The notes below the pieces were generated by a model. That model searched no databases and was not told where the DNA came from. It worked only from the letters and a program-made list of their open reading frames with translations. From NCBI RefSeq assembly GCF_006345805.1, contig NW_021833299.1, forward strand, positions 17,689-81,688: a stretch of DNA of 64,000 bases, given 5' to 3'. Shown here piece after piece: positions 1 to 12,398 of this stretch (position 1 is its first letter; every line of letters begins with the position of its first letter). Origin of the DNA: Octopus sinensis. Taxonomy: Eukaryota. The position numbers and the translations under genes are program-made.

Positions 1-918
1 GAGAAGAGAAAGAAGAAAAAGAAGAGATAAGAAGAGGAAAGATGATGATGATGATTACGAAGATGATGATGGAGAGGAGGAGGACGATGACGACGGATGT
101 GATAATAACAATGATCATAGTAAAAATAGGGATGATAGTGATGATGATGATGATGATGATGGAGATGACGACAAAGATGAAGATATTGATGCTGACAGTG
201 TTGATGTTAATGATGATGAGAACGATAACAGCTATCGATAGGTAAAAAAAAATATATATGAATAAAAAAAAAGATAGGAACAATAGAAAAAGATATGAAA
301 ATAACGATGCAGCCATCTTATAGAAATAATAATATCCATAAATGGAAGAACTTTGCCACCATATTGCAAATAACAAGCAACAAAAACAGCTAAAAAAAGA
401 AAAAAAATGAAGAGAAGCATCGGAGAAATTACAGCCCTACTCTACAGAATTATTGTCGTAGCCGATGGCATTCAAGGTGCAGCAAAGGTGAGAAGATAAC
501 CTGTAGGTGTTCTTGTAAGTTGTGTCAGTTATTGTCAGACATTAGAGGCAGTTGTATGAGGCAGACGATAGATAATGTGAAGCAGACGTAATAGCTGAGC
601 AAAGTGACTTTTGGAGGAGATGGTTGTGTTTATTAAAGGATGAACATGAACTAACGTTGGACAAACCAAAACTGACATCGTATATATTAGAGAATTAATA
701 GGATGTGTCTTGTGTGTGAATGTGTTTGTAAAGTGTGTAGATGTGTTTGTATAAAGTGTATGTGTTGCATGTTTGTGTACATACGTGTGTTTATGAGAGT
801 GATATTCTGTGCGTCTGTATGTATATGTGCATATACATGTGTGTAAGAGAGTTCTTTCATGTATGTGTGCGTATATGTATGTGTATAGGTATCTGTGTAT
901 ATGTATTTGTGTGTGTGT

Positions 919-955
<37 letters not shown>

Positions 956-1106
956 TGAGGGAAAGAAAAACAGTGATAGAGACACAGGAAGAAAGAGAGA
1001 GAGAGAGGGAGAGGCAATGAAAGACAGAAAGACAAGGAGTATGGAATATGTAATATATTATGAGTGTATGCATATATATATACATATACACACACAACAC
1101 ACATAT

Positions 1107-1221
<115 letters not shown>

Positions 1222-1402
1222 ATATATATATATATTGGTAACCATTACAATTTGTAGCGGCGAAAGGTCTGGACGTTGTTTTCTGAGGCTGACCAAAGAA
1301 TTTTTATTTTTAGATATAAATGATGTACTCAAGTGTAGTTATGTTTTTAGCTTGTGCTTTTTCCATGATCATACGTGAGTATTTTATTTATATCCCATCG
1401 AA

Positions 1403-1469
1403 ATTTCTACTGAAGAAGGAATATATCTTTTTTATAAGATTAAGTCCGAAATTGATTCAATATAGAGAT
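1403..1469 (+). ncRNA. Type I hammerhead ribozyme motif, apparently intact
   Basis: Stem I ATTTCTA(1403-1409)/TAGAGAT(1463-1469). Core CTGAAGA at 1410-1416 plus an extra A. Stem II GGA..TCC with inner ATCTT/AAGAT, then GAA. Stem III ATTG-att-CAAT. Cleavage triplet AUA (H17=1462). Confidence 0.7.
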
Positions 1470-2123
1470 AACGAAATTTAAATTTTCTAAAGGTTAGTTG
1501 CCCGTTTTCAGTTTCAATTTTCCTGTAACAAGCGGATTATAAGTGGATAAAACAGTGTATTTGGCTTTAGAATAACCCTCTTTAGCCCTTAATTATATGA
1601 TATATATATATATATATATATATATCTATATTATATATACATACATTTAAAGAGAGGGAGAGAGAAAGAGAGAGGTTGACAATATGGAGGATATAATAGT
1701 GGGATTGGTAGGAGAAATACTACCAGAGACATACGAAACCAGACGTAATGAAAAGAAAAAAGGAACAACAAAAACAAAAAAAAAAAAAAACTGGAGAAGC
1801 AGCAGACGATATGTGACGTGACCGACCGCCAACAGAAGAAACCGCCATGTTATATTGTTTGTCTATTATTGATGGTTTTTCATTTTATATAATAGTTGTA
1901 ATGTTATTTTGATGCGTTATATTTAGCACTTTTTTAAAAAAAAAAAAATAAAATACTGGAAAACCATAAAATAAAATAGTGTTGGCCCATTGTTGATAAA
2001 GGTGCGAAATGGCACCATAAATCTAGACAATATAAATAAACTAGTTTTAACCGGTCGTAAACTAGTTTGGACTAGTCTTTAAAAAAAACCGAAGAAAATG
2101 AGCTCGAAATTATAACCATTGTT

Positions 2124-2256
<133 letters not shown>

Positions 2257-2574
2257 ATTTTGTTGAATGCCATTAAATATTACTCTCAATTTTTAATGCA
2301 GATATGGAAACTATTAATTTGTCACCGGGAAGGAGCTGTCGTATAATATGTATCCTGCAATGATACTCGGTATAAATTTTAACCGATATTGGATCTTTTC
2401 CAAGGAGTGGAAGACAAAAGCAATTCCGGTGGAATTAATAAGTGGAACGGTAAAAATTTCGTAATTAAGTACGACTAGGAATTAATGTTCCACGTAATAC
2501 CGATCCGGCAGTTAATAAAAGGTGTGAAAATTTCTAAAATAAGTACCAAAGAAGAGATTTCTAGTGTGGAGTAT

Positions 2575-3430
<856 letters not shown>

Positions 3431-3847
3431 TATGGTGATGATGATGTTGTTGATATTGTTGATGATAGACGATGCTGATGACTTTAAAACACAGCACTTG
3501 TCAGAGAATTATTTTGTCCTTGATGTTAAGCCTCTGGCTAACTCCGATTGAGTAGACGGTAATCAAGCTGCGATCATCGCATCGTCTTGTTTTTCTCAAT
3601 TTTCAATTTATTGAAATTCTCAGTCGTTAAAGACGGAAACAAAAGACCAACCAGCAATTGTTAATGACTTTATGATAGCAAGAGGAGCTAATTTTTAGAA
3701 TTATGGAACAAATTTCTCAAGGTTATTTACCTGCTTTAGCAAAAGATTATTCGATTTTTGTTTGCAGGCCAGAAATAACTACGGATTGATGTTTCGGTGC
3801 ATTTCAACTCATCAGTGAAATATAGTTTACCTAAACCCGCATATGTA

Positions 3848-4182
3848 GAGGCGCAATGGCCCCGTGGTTAGGGCAGCGGACTCGCGGTCGGAGGATCGCG
3901 GTTTCGATTCCCAGATCGGGCGTTGTGTGTGTTTATAGATCGAAAACACCTAAAGCTCCACGAGGCTCCATCCAGCAGGGGGGGGGGCGACCCCTGTTGT
4001 ACTCTTTCGCCACAACTTTCTCTCACTCTCTCTCACTCTCTCTCACTCTCTCTCACTCTCTTCCTGTTTCTTGAGTAACGCTGCGATGGATTGGTGTCCC
4101 GTCCAGCTGGGGGGAACACATATGCTACAGAAACCGGGAAACCGGGCCCATGAGCTTGGCTAGGCTCGAAAAGGGCGACGAA
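3848..4182 (+). mobile_element. tRNA-derived SINE, family 1 (GGAGGCGCAATGGCC head)
   Basis: A-box/B-box-like head (TGGCCCGTGGTTAGG, GGTTTCGATTCCC). Body motif GCGAAAACACCTAAAGCTCCAC is shared with the copies at 8216, 12065, 29688 and 38380. Confidence 0.85.
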
Positions 4183-4439
4183 CGAAACCCGCATATATAA
4201 AAAATCGCCTTCGTATAATTTTGACAAATTTCACATAAAATGAGGTACCGAAGATAATTCAAAGGTACCAAAGAAATAAATTTGGATGGAGCTGTATATT
4301 GCAGAATGATATACCCCACGTACTTGACCACACCGAAATGATGAAGGAGCAGATAAACCAAATATGAACGAGAAATTGCAACCGAGTCACGCTTTAGTCC
4401 ACGTTGCTTCATGTTGGATAAAATAGTTTTAGATATGTA

Positions 4440-5012
4440 TTGGGTTGTCCGGAAGTTCGTGCCGATTTATAGTAGCTTACCTTTCGACTTATTTTAGAAC
4501 ATGGTTGAGTCCATAAAATAGGATTTGACAACACCTCCATTTAGAGCACAGTTTAAGCTATCTTTTCGTGGATGAAGGTTTATGTTCCTATAACCTGTGT
4601 TACATCTGTAACCCTTTAAAATGGAAGATAAGAAAGTTCATTTTCGGCACTTGATGCTTTTCTTTTTCCGCAAAGGGAAAAGTGTCTCACAGGCAACCAA
4701 ATAAATATGCGCAGTATACAGTGATGTTACTTTATCCGAAAGAACTGTACGGAAATGGTTCGCAAGGTTCCGAGCTGGATGTTGTAGCCTTATTGATAAA
4801 GAGCGATCAGGCAGACCATCCACTACAGATGATGACCAAATCAAGTCATTAATTGAGAATGACCCATATTGCACAACCCGAGAATTGGCATAAAGGCTCA
4901 ACCTATCAAAATCCATCGTTCCTTAGCACCTGGTAAAGTTTGGGTAATGACAAGTATTAATTAACCCTTTTCCTTCCTTTAAAAATCGGCACGAACTTTC
5001 CGGACAACCCGA
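4440..5012 (+). mobile_element. Internally deleted mariner retaining the transposase N-terminus
   Basis: TIRs TTGGGTTGTCCGGA(A)AGTTCGTGCCGATTT and TA flanks at 4438-39 and 5013-14. From ATG 4621: MEDKKVHFRHLMLFFFRKGKS...TVRKWFARFRAG...RSGRP (mariner HTH), with stops. Confidence 0.92.
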
Positions 5013-5367
5013 TATTATGTCTGAAGAAAAGGTTTGGAAACAGTTCTAACCACAGAGCTTCTCGCTCAAAACGAACCTGTGGCAAAAAACCCCCACAACT
5101 CCCGCCTTTACCATCACTATTACACCTACCAACAACAACAACAACAACAACAACAGCAACAAACATTACACTCTCGAATTTGATTTGTGCTTGAACTCAT
5201 AATATATCGACCACAATTGAATACCGAAAGAGATTTAAGTTCGACGGCTTCTACTAGATTTTATTTCTTCTCTTCCCTTCGTCTCCACATTTCTCCGCAT
5301 CCATACTTCATTCATCCACCTTACAATCAATACGTAAATAACATCTCTAACGGCTACTTGAGAAAGT

Positions 5368-5390
5368 ACACCACGTGGTGTGCGCAGGCA
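5368..5390. promoter_or_regulatory. 14-bp palindrome with E-box plus adjacent NRF1-like motif (candidate promoter element)
   Basis: ACACCACGTGGTGT (5368-5381) is immediately followed by TGCGCAGGCA, in non-repetitive sequence. Confidence 0.3.
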
Positions 5391-5950
5391 GCGTTTTCGC
5401 TCTCAGCGTTGTTGAACATTTATTGTTTTGGGAGAAGACAGATTTAAATTTGCTCTTTTTCAGTAGCATCAGTTTTTCGTTGTTAAAAATCTATCTTAGA
5501 CAATGTGAAGTGGAATTGTTTAATTATTGCTCTTACTTTGTTATTGTATTTTCAATTTTTCTCGACTCTCTTCTGCTTTTGTTAAGGAATCAAACTTTCT
5601 ATTGCTTTAGACTCGATGGCTCTGCCTTTGTTTTCCCGGACGTTATCATCATAACAGTCTTCGATAAATATTACATAGGAACTCAATTGAAAGATTATGA
5701 TATGTCGCCCGGTTCATTTCTGGAGACAATGTACTTGAATTTCTAGAAAAAAAACAAACAAACAAAAAAAAATTGATGAGGAATTATGCTGTAGTGGTTT
5801 AGAATTAACAAACAAAAAAAAAAAACAACTATACAAGCGAAAAAATATATAAAAGAACCCAGCAAGAACGAAAACAAAATATGTGATTATAGATTATAAA
5901 ACCTCGATATTACCAATAACTAACTGTACAACTACTTCCTGTCAATTAAT

Positions 5951-5981
<31 letters not shown>

Positions 5982-6484
5982 TACACACATACACAAATCC
6001 AAACCCACACGCCTAAACACTTACACGCACACACATATATAGTAACATATGCATACGTATACATGTGTACATAAAGACAGACATTTATATTTATATATGT
6101 TCATTATATGTATGTATAAATGTGTGTTGAATTAAAAATTGACTTGGTGTAAAACGAAAATAATCACGAAGTGGTACAAGTAAAATATATAAAAAAAAAA
6201 CAGACGAAGTTTTAAAAACCCTCAAATTCCTCTACATTCTACAAAATTTTCGAAAATATTTTAGCGTGGATACAAATGGAACATACTTGTTTATATATAC
6301 ATTACGATCTGATTCTTCGTCTATTGTAATATGAAAATTTATCTTTAATGAAGTCCTTTGTGTCGGATTTTGGATATTTAAGCAAGTTATGATAACTTTG
6401 TCTGGAAAAAAAGGGAAATATATAAATATATATATAAAGGAATAAAAAAACAAAAGAAAGCAAGCAAAGACAAATAAAGACCCA

Positions 6485-6538
6485 ATGGCGTTAGTCATCG
6501 GTTTCCTCACTGTTCTTTGGATCATCATGAGCTTTTTG
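6485..6538 (+). CDS. Candidate first coding exon encoding a signal-peptide-like sequence MALVIGFLTVLWIIMSFL
   Basis: ATG with G at +4, 18 mostly hydrophobic codons, then a strong phase-0 donor TTG|GTAAGA. Downstream exons were not identified. Confidence 0.35.
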
Positions 6539-7284
6539 GTAAGAATATGCAAATCCGTATGAAGATGTGAACAATAAATTTTGAAGACAATCTCTACGCT
6601 ATACGTGTTTAAAAAACACAATCTCAACACACTTGAGTAATTACACCAGCGCTGAAGTGACAATTGGACTAAGAAAGATTAAAAAAACAAAGGTAATTGG
6701 ATTATCCAAACTGATGCTACCTTTTGCTAATGTCACCTGGTGTTTGGAAACACTCCTGACATTGAAAAATTTGACGAAAACCGAGAATTACAAGAATGAC
6801 AAGACCGATTTATTTGCAGCTGTGAATGCTTAAATTTTATGATTTTATACAATAAATAGGTTTGCGTTTTTCATAGAAAAAGATGATTTTAAACACATTA
6901 AACTCTTGTATCTCTCTCAACTTCTCGATTTATTGTGTTATTTTGTGAAAACACATTAGTTAAAAATGATGGCTTGCAAATTTCCTGTATGATCGCATAT
7001 ATGTACGTACATACACAAACGCACAGACACAGACACACACATACACACATATATATGCACAGGCATGTCTGTGTGATTAAGAACTCGCTTTACAATCACA
7101 TGGTTTCGGGTTCAGTCCCATTACGCGTCATCTTGGGGTAAGTGTATTATTTTAATTTAACCCGGGCCTTGTGAATGAATTTCATGTATGGAAACTTTGT
7201 GGAAGACCTCCCCACCCCATATATATATATACATGTGTGTGTATGTGTGTGTGTGAGTGTGTGTGTATGTGTGTGTGTGTGTGC

Positions 7285-7317
<33 letters not shown>

Positions 7318-7604
7318 GTTATATTTGTCTTCCACAATCGTTTGATAAGTGTTTTTGGTTAATTTCCATCCCCACAACTTAGAAGTTCGACCAAAAAGCC
7401 CGGCAAAATAAATGCCAGACTTGAAAATAAGAACCTTTCATGGAGGAGTCTTGGTATGGACATGGTCCAGTGATTGAAGCAAGTAAAGGATAAAAGAATA
7501 TAGATAGGTATACAAGGTTCATTCCAGAAGGTTTGAGACTTCTACAGGAGAGGCATTTATTAATTTCAAAGAAGTACAAAACTCTAATCTCATCGTTCTA
7601 TATT

Positions 7605-7711
7605 TTAAGAAATGAGGAATTATGTACATTATTTACATTATTTACATTTGACGGATATTTGTCCTCATCTTGTTTGTTGTTAACACAACGTTACGGCTGA
7701 TATACCCTCTA
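7605..7711 (-). mobile_element. Inverted partial copy of the 3' end of the adjacent element (Penelope-like terminal repeat)
   Basis: Reverse complement of GAGGGTATATCAGCCGAAACGTTGTGTTAACAACAAACAAGATGA...AAATGTAAATAAT found at 7921-8000. Confidence 0.8.
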
Positions 7712-7725
7712 CGTCATATGCCCAC

Positions 7726-8003
7726 GGGCATAAGGGGTAGTAGTTAAGAGCGCGGGCTACTAACCCCAAGATTCCGAGTTCGATTCCAAGAAGTGACCTG
7801 AACAACAACAACAACAACGCAAACAAAAGCAACAACAACACTAATAATAATAACATTGAAAAATACCTTAGGAACGAGAACCCAGGTCCGAAATTTCCCC
7901 AAGACACCCGATGAATACTTGAGGGTATATCAGCCGAAACGTTGTGTTAACAACAAACAAGATGAAGAGAAATATCTGTCAAATGTAAATAATTTAAATA
8001 ATC
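7726..8003 (+). mobile_element. tRNA-headed non-autonomous retroelement with a hammerhead-like 3' region
   Basis: A-box-like TAGTAGTTAAG, anticodon-like loop CTACTAA, B-box GAGTTCGATTCC (7776-7787) and an (AAC/AAT)n linker. Then GACAC-CCGATGA...CAGCC-GAAACGTT-GTGTT (7903-7947). Confidence 0.7.
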
Positions 8004-8024
8004 TCACTCTACAGTACAGTTGTT

Positions 8025-8212
8025 GTGGCCCTCCATCCACTTCCCGAAGGACCACATGGAATTCCTCCAAAGTGAAGGGGTTCAGGACCTTCCTACAACT
8101 TCTTTCAGCTCCTTCAGCTTGGGGAACAATCATAATTCACAAGGGAAGTGGGGGGACAGTTTTGCTGTCCATCCCTGTCAAGAATTTGGCTGCCAGTATG
8201 GAATTACCAGGA
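8025..8212 (-). pseudogene. Degenerate mariner transposase C-terminal fragment
   Basis: The minus strand reads NSILAAKFLTGMDSKTVPP..PCEL*LFPKLK..KVLNPFTLEEFH..KWMEGHNNC across frameshifts. This matches the mariner HNS...KTVPQPPYSPDLAPCDFWLFPKL C-terminus. Confidence 0.7.
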
Positions 8213-8215
8213 TGT

Positions 8216-8492
8216 GGAGGCGCAATGGCCCAGTGGCTGTTCCGTGGACTCGCGGTCGGAGGTTCGCGGTTTCGATTCCCAGACCGGGCGTTGTGTGTGT
8301 TTATTGAGCGAAAACACCTAAAAGCTCCACGAGGCTCCGACAGGGGGTGGTGGCGACCTCTGTTGAGTAATTTATCTCACTCTTTCTTCCTGTTTCTTGG
8401 GTAACGCTGCGATGGACTGGCATCCCGTCCAACTGGGGGGAGGGGACACATACGCCACAGAACCCGGGAAACCGGGCCCATGAGCCTGGATA
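8216..8492 (+). mobile_element. tRNA-derived SINE, family 1
   Basis: Same head and body as the copy at 3848. Confidence 0.85.
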
Positions 8493-8829
8493 AGCATAAA
8501 ATAAATAAAATAGGATATTCTAAAATTATAATAATCTACAATAGTTATAACTGCCTCTCCTAAAAATGCCTCAAAACTTCTGGAATGTTGCTCGTGTATG
8601 TGTGTGTGAATAAATATGTGTGTAGAATGAAACATAAACAATGGCTTGGAGGAATAGTAGGAAGAGTGAAGTAAAATCCAATTCCACATCATCCTACGAT
8701 TTTTATTGCGCAATTTTTATTGTCGAGTATTTGCATGAAGACTATATTCAATATTGCAAATGATGGTTATACTGTAAAGACTAAATATGAATTGGTTTCT
8801 CTTGTGTGTTTTATTGAAAAATATTTCAT

Positions 8830-9790
8830 ATTACCAATAATATCATGCAATAAAGTTGACCAACTGCCAGGATCATATATATAACGAACAAAATGCTTAA
8901 CAGCATTTCTTGCGGTTCTTTATGTTGTGGGTTCACATAACGCTGGGGTTGACTTTGCTTTTTTTTTTTTCGGGGTCGATAAAATACGTACCAGTCAAGT
9001 ACCGGGGTTAATGTCCTCCACTTCCTCTTCCCTTAAATTTCAGGCTTTCAGGTTATTGTAGAAGAAATTCTTGTTTTCAGGCACCCTTCGTTTCGCGCCC
9101 CCTTTTTCTTTTTAGATTATACTAGCAGTATCGCCCGGCGTTGCTCGGGTTTCTTTCGACCCTTTAGAATTGGAATTTTTGAAAATTTGCATTATGTAGC
9201 TTGTTTTTCTCTTTAAGTGAACATTTTTCTCGTTGAAATACACCGAAAAATGGCGACACAGCAGTAAAAAAAAATCGTAAAAAATAGTGATTTTCATAGA
9301 AAAAAAGCACCTTTTTGATGTAAATAATTTTTGGTGTTAACATGGTCCGATTTGAATTTTTTCTTCTACTGAAGGAAGAGCAAGCCTTCTTCTATCGTAC
9401 TCTCAATTTTGGTCAACTTGTGCCGCAGGGTCTCGGAGGAGATAGTGTTAGTTGAAGGCTACCAAACCTGCCATACACAGACAACTTCAAATATATATAT
9501 AGATTACCAATAATATCATGCAATAAAGTCGACGAACCGTCAGGATCGTTTCCATGCCGAACAAAGTGCTTAACAGCTTTTCTTGCGGCTCTTTATGTTC
9601 TGAGTTCACATAACGCTTAGGTTGACTTTGCTTTTTATTTTTTCAGGATCGATAAAATACGTGCCAGTCAAGTACCAGGGTTAATGTAATCCACTTCCTC
9701 TCCCCTTAAATTTCAGGCCTTCAGCTTATTGTAGAAGGAATTCTTGTTTTCAGGTACCCTTTGTTTCGCCCTCCCACTTTTTTAAAGATT
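8830..9790. repeat. Diverged ~289-bp direct duplication (8830-9118 and 9503-9790) separated by an insertion
   Basis: Both copies start ATTACCAATAATATCATGCAATAAAG and end AGATT. Each contains a decayed family-3 SINE. Confidence 0.85.
9119..9504 (+). mobile_element. Helitron/Helentron-like non-autonomous element
   Basis: 5' ACTAGCAGTATCGCCCGGCGTTGCTCGGG (hairpin CCCG/CGGG), 3' ...ACAACTTCA..TATATATAGATT, no TSD. A closely similar second copy lies at 40733. Confidence 0.6.
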
Positions 9791-10460
9791 ATATTACGTA
9801 GCTTAAAGCGAGATCTGGCTACAATTCCTCGCTCCTTCTTGGCCTGTGTGTGTGTGCTTTTTTTCTCTCTAGTTTCAGCTCAGAGCTGCGGCCATGGTGA
9901 TACACCATGGTTTTGGATCGATGAAATAAATATCAGTAGAGTGGATGTGGTGATGAAATCGACTCTTACCTCTTAAAAATTTCTGGTTTTATGTAAAAAT
10001 TAAAAGGAAAGAATACCACACAGATGTTTGATTATTCAAACCAGCTTTTTACGTTTAATTATTGATAAAAGCGGTGGTTCTGGTTGACGATTTCTTTGAA
10101 CAGCACTTAGGGTAAGTACCTTCTACCGCAGCCTTTGGTTGATCAATATCACGTGAGAGAGATTTGGTAAAGGGAAAATTGTATGGAGGTTTGTCGAATA
10201 CGAGTGTATGTATATGTACCAACAAGGTAGGGAGGGTTCAAAAACTGTTGTGCAAGTCTTCTTGAGCCTAAAATCTTCGTCGTTATTCAGGGATAGTCTT
10301 CATTGGACAGGACAAGGGTGGAGAGCAGAGAGCCATCATATATGTCCACACACGCCTTTGCACACACATAAACACTCACGCACGTACGCATGCACGCACA
10401 CACACACACACCCACACACACACACAACACACATGCATCGTTAGTCAATGTTAATCGTCA

Positions 10461-10838
10461 GTACACAACTGGTACTTAATTTATCGACCCCGAAAGGATA
10501 AAAGGCAAAGTCGACCTCGGCGGAATTTGAACTCAGAACGCAAAGACGGACGAAATAGCGCTAAGCATTTTACCCGGAGTGCTAACGTTTCTGTCAGCTC
10601 GCCGCTTTAAACGGGCGTTAATATCCTTTTCTACTATCGGCACAAGGCCCGAAATTTTTGTGGAGGGGACCAGTCGGTTAGATCGACGCCAGTACGCAAC
10701 TAGTACTTAATTTATCAGCCCCGAAAGGATGAAAGTTAATGTCGACCTCGGCGGAATTTGAATTCAGAAAGTAAAAACAGACGAAATAGCGCTCAGCATT
10801 TCTCCCGCCGTGTTAACGTTTCTGTCAGCTCGCCGACA
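10461..10838 (-). mobile_element. Two partial family-3 SINE copies (Meta-domain-like core)
   Basis: Reverse complement of GAGTTCAAATTCCGCCGAGGTCGACTTTGCCTTTCATCCTTTCGGGGTCGATAAATTAAGTACCAG, present twice. Confidence 0.85.
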
Positions 10839-11159
10839 GTTATATTTCAAGAGAGAGTTTTATAGGATCAGAGGAATAGGAGATTAAAAACGTGGCAACA
10901 GATTGAGTTTGAAATATTGACAGTTTTATATTGTTCTAGTGGAAAGATTGGAAGAATGCATCCGCTCTGGGTTTTTTTTTTTTTGCTGTCTAACAGAAAT
11001 ATCGGTGACGACGCTTGTGTCGGGCTGGCTCCACCATTAAGTAAACATCAATAGCGTGGTGGCGGGGAGAAGATTTGCGGGCGAGGGCAACGATGGATTA
11101 CTTAAGAAATCATGACCAGGCCTGCACATACATGTTTCAGACTCAAGAACCATCACATC

Positions 11160-11705
11160 GTCTTCACCGCCATCATCACCACAACCACTACCACCACCAC
11201 CACTATCATTATCATCATCATCATCATCATCATCATCGTCATCGTTATCATCGTCCTCATCGTCATCATCATCATCATCATCATTATCATCATCATCATC
11301 ACCATCATCATCATAGTCGTCGTCGTCATCATCATCATCATCATCATCACCGCTCCCTTCACCGTCACCAGCACTATCATAAGCGACAGTACCATCATCA
11401 TCATGACCATCATCATCACCAGCATCACCACCACCACCATCAGCAGGGCTGCCAACAGTTGCACCACTGCCACCATCACCGCCAACATCACCTTCATAAC
11501 CGTGAACATTATGATGATGATGATGATAATCATGATGATGACCATGATCGTTACCCCCTCCTCTTCCTCACCTTTATCCTCATCCCCATCATCAACAACG
11601 ACAATGCTGACTACATCGCCCTCACCATTCTTACCATTATACTCCTACTCTCCGTACCACCACCACCACCACCACCACCACCATCATCATCATCTTCATC
11701 ATCGT
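11160..11705. repeat. (CAT/CAC/CGT)n compound trinucleotide repeat
   Basis: Directly visible; source of the poly-His/Ile/Met ORFs. Confidence 0.95.
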
Positions 11706-12064
11706 ACACAACATCCTCTTTAGTTAAGACGTGATATAATGGCGATTTGTCTTCTATACCTTGGCATTACGTAAAAACTCCATTCGTTAGCTCGCCAAGA
11801 AAATTTGATTATCAGTGAGTTAAACCTCTGATGTATGGCGCTCCAACCATGGTGAACCATTTTAACGTCGGGACAGGGATTTGTGGGAGAATTGTCTGCT
11901 ATGGGCAACTGCTATTCTCAGTAGATCAACTGGCCGTGCCGAGATTTCTTCCTTGCTGCTCTTGTCACTTAATCTCACATAATCCGCGATCTAGAACACC
12001 AATGGGTAAAGTTATTCCAGTCGAGAAAGTATTCCGTATTTTATTCAGACTACGTATATCTAGT

Positions 12065-12370
12065 GGAGGCACATGGCCTAGTGGTTAGAGCAGCGGACTG
12101 GCGGTCGAGGGATCGCGAGTTCGAATCTCAGATCGGGCAATGTGTGTGTTTATAAGCGAAAACACCTAAGCTCCACACGGCTCTGGCAGAAGGTAATGGC
12201 AAACTTCTGCTGACTCTTTCGCCACAACTTTCTCTCACTATTTCCTTCTGCATCTTGCAGCTCACCTGCGACGGACCGGCGTCCCATCCAGGTGGGGAAC
12301 CTATACGCCAAGGAAACCGGGAAACCAGCCCTTATGAACCAGGCATGGCTCGAGAAGGAACAAACAACAA
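12065..12370 (+). mobile_element. tRNA-derived SINE, family 1 variant
   Basis: GGAGGCACATGGCCTAGTGGTTAGAGC head. Nearly the same sequence as 29688-29990. Confidence 0.85.
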
Positions 12371-12398
12371 ACGACTACAACATATATCTAGGACTAAG

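Noticed and set aside
1805-1852. CRE-like TGACGTGA plus YY1-like ACATGGCGG (minus) as a promoter
   Set aside because: Short motifs that are expected by chance, with no linked exon identified.
7726-7797. Functional tRNA gene
   Set aside because: Acceptor and D stems do not pair; treated as a SINE head. The same applies to all other tRNA-like heads in the window.
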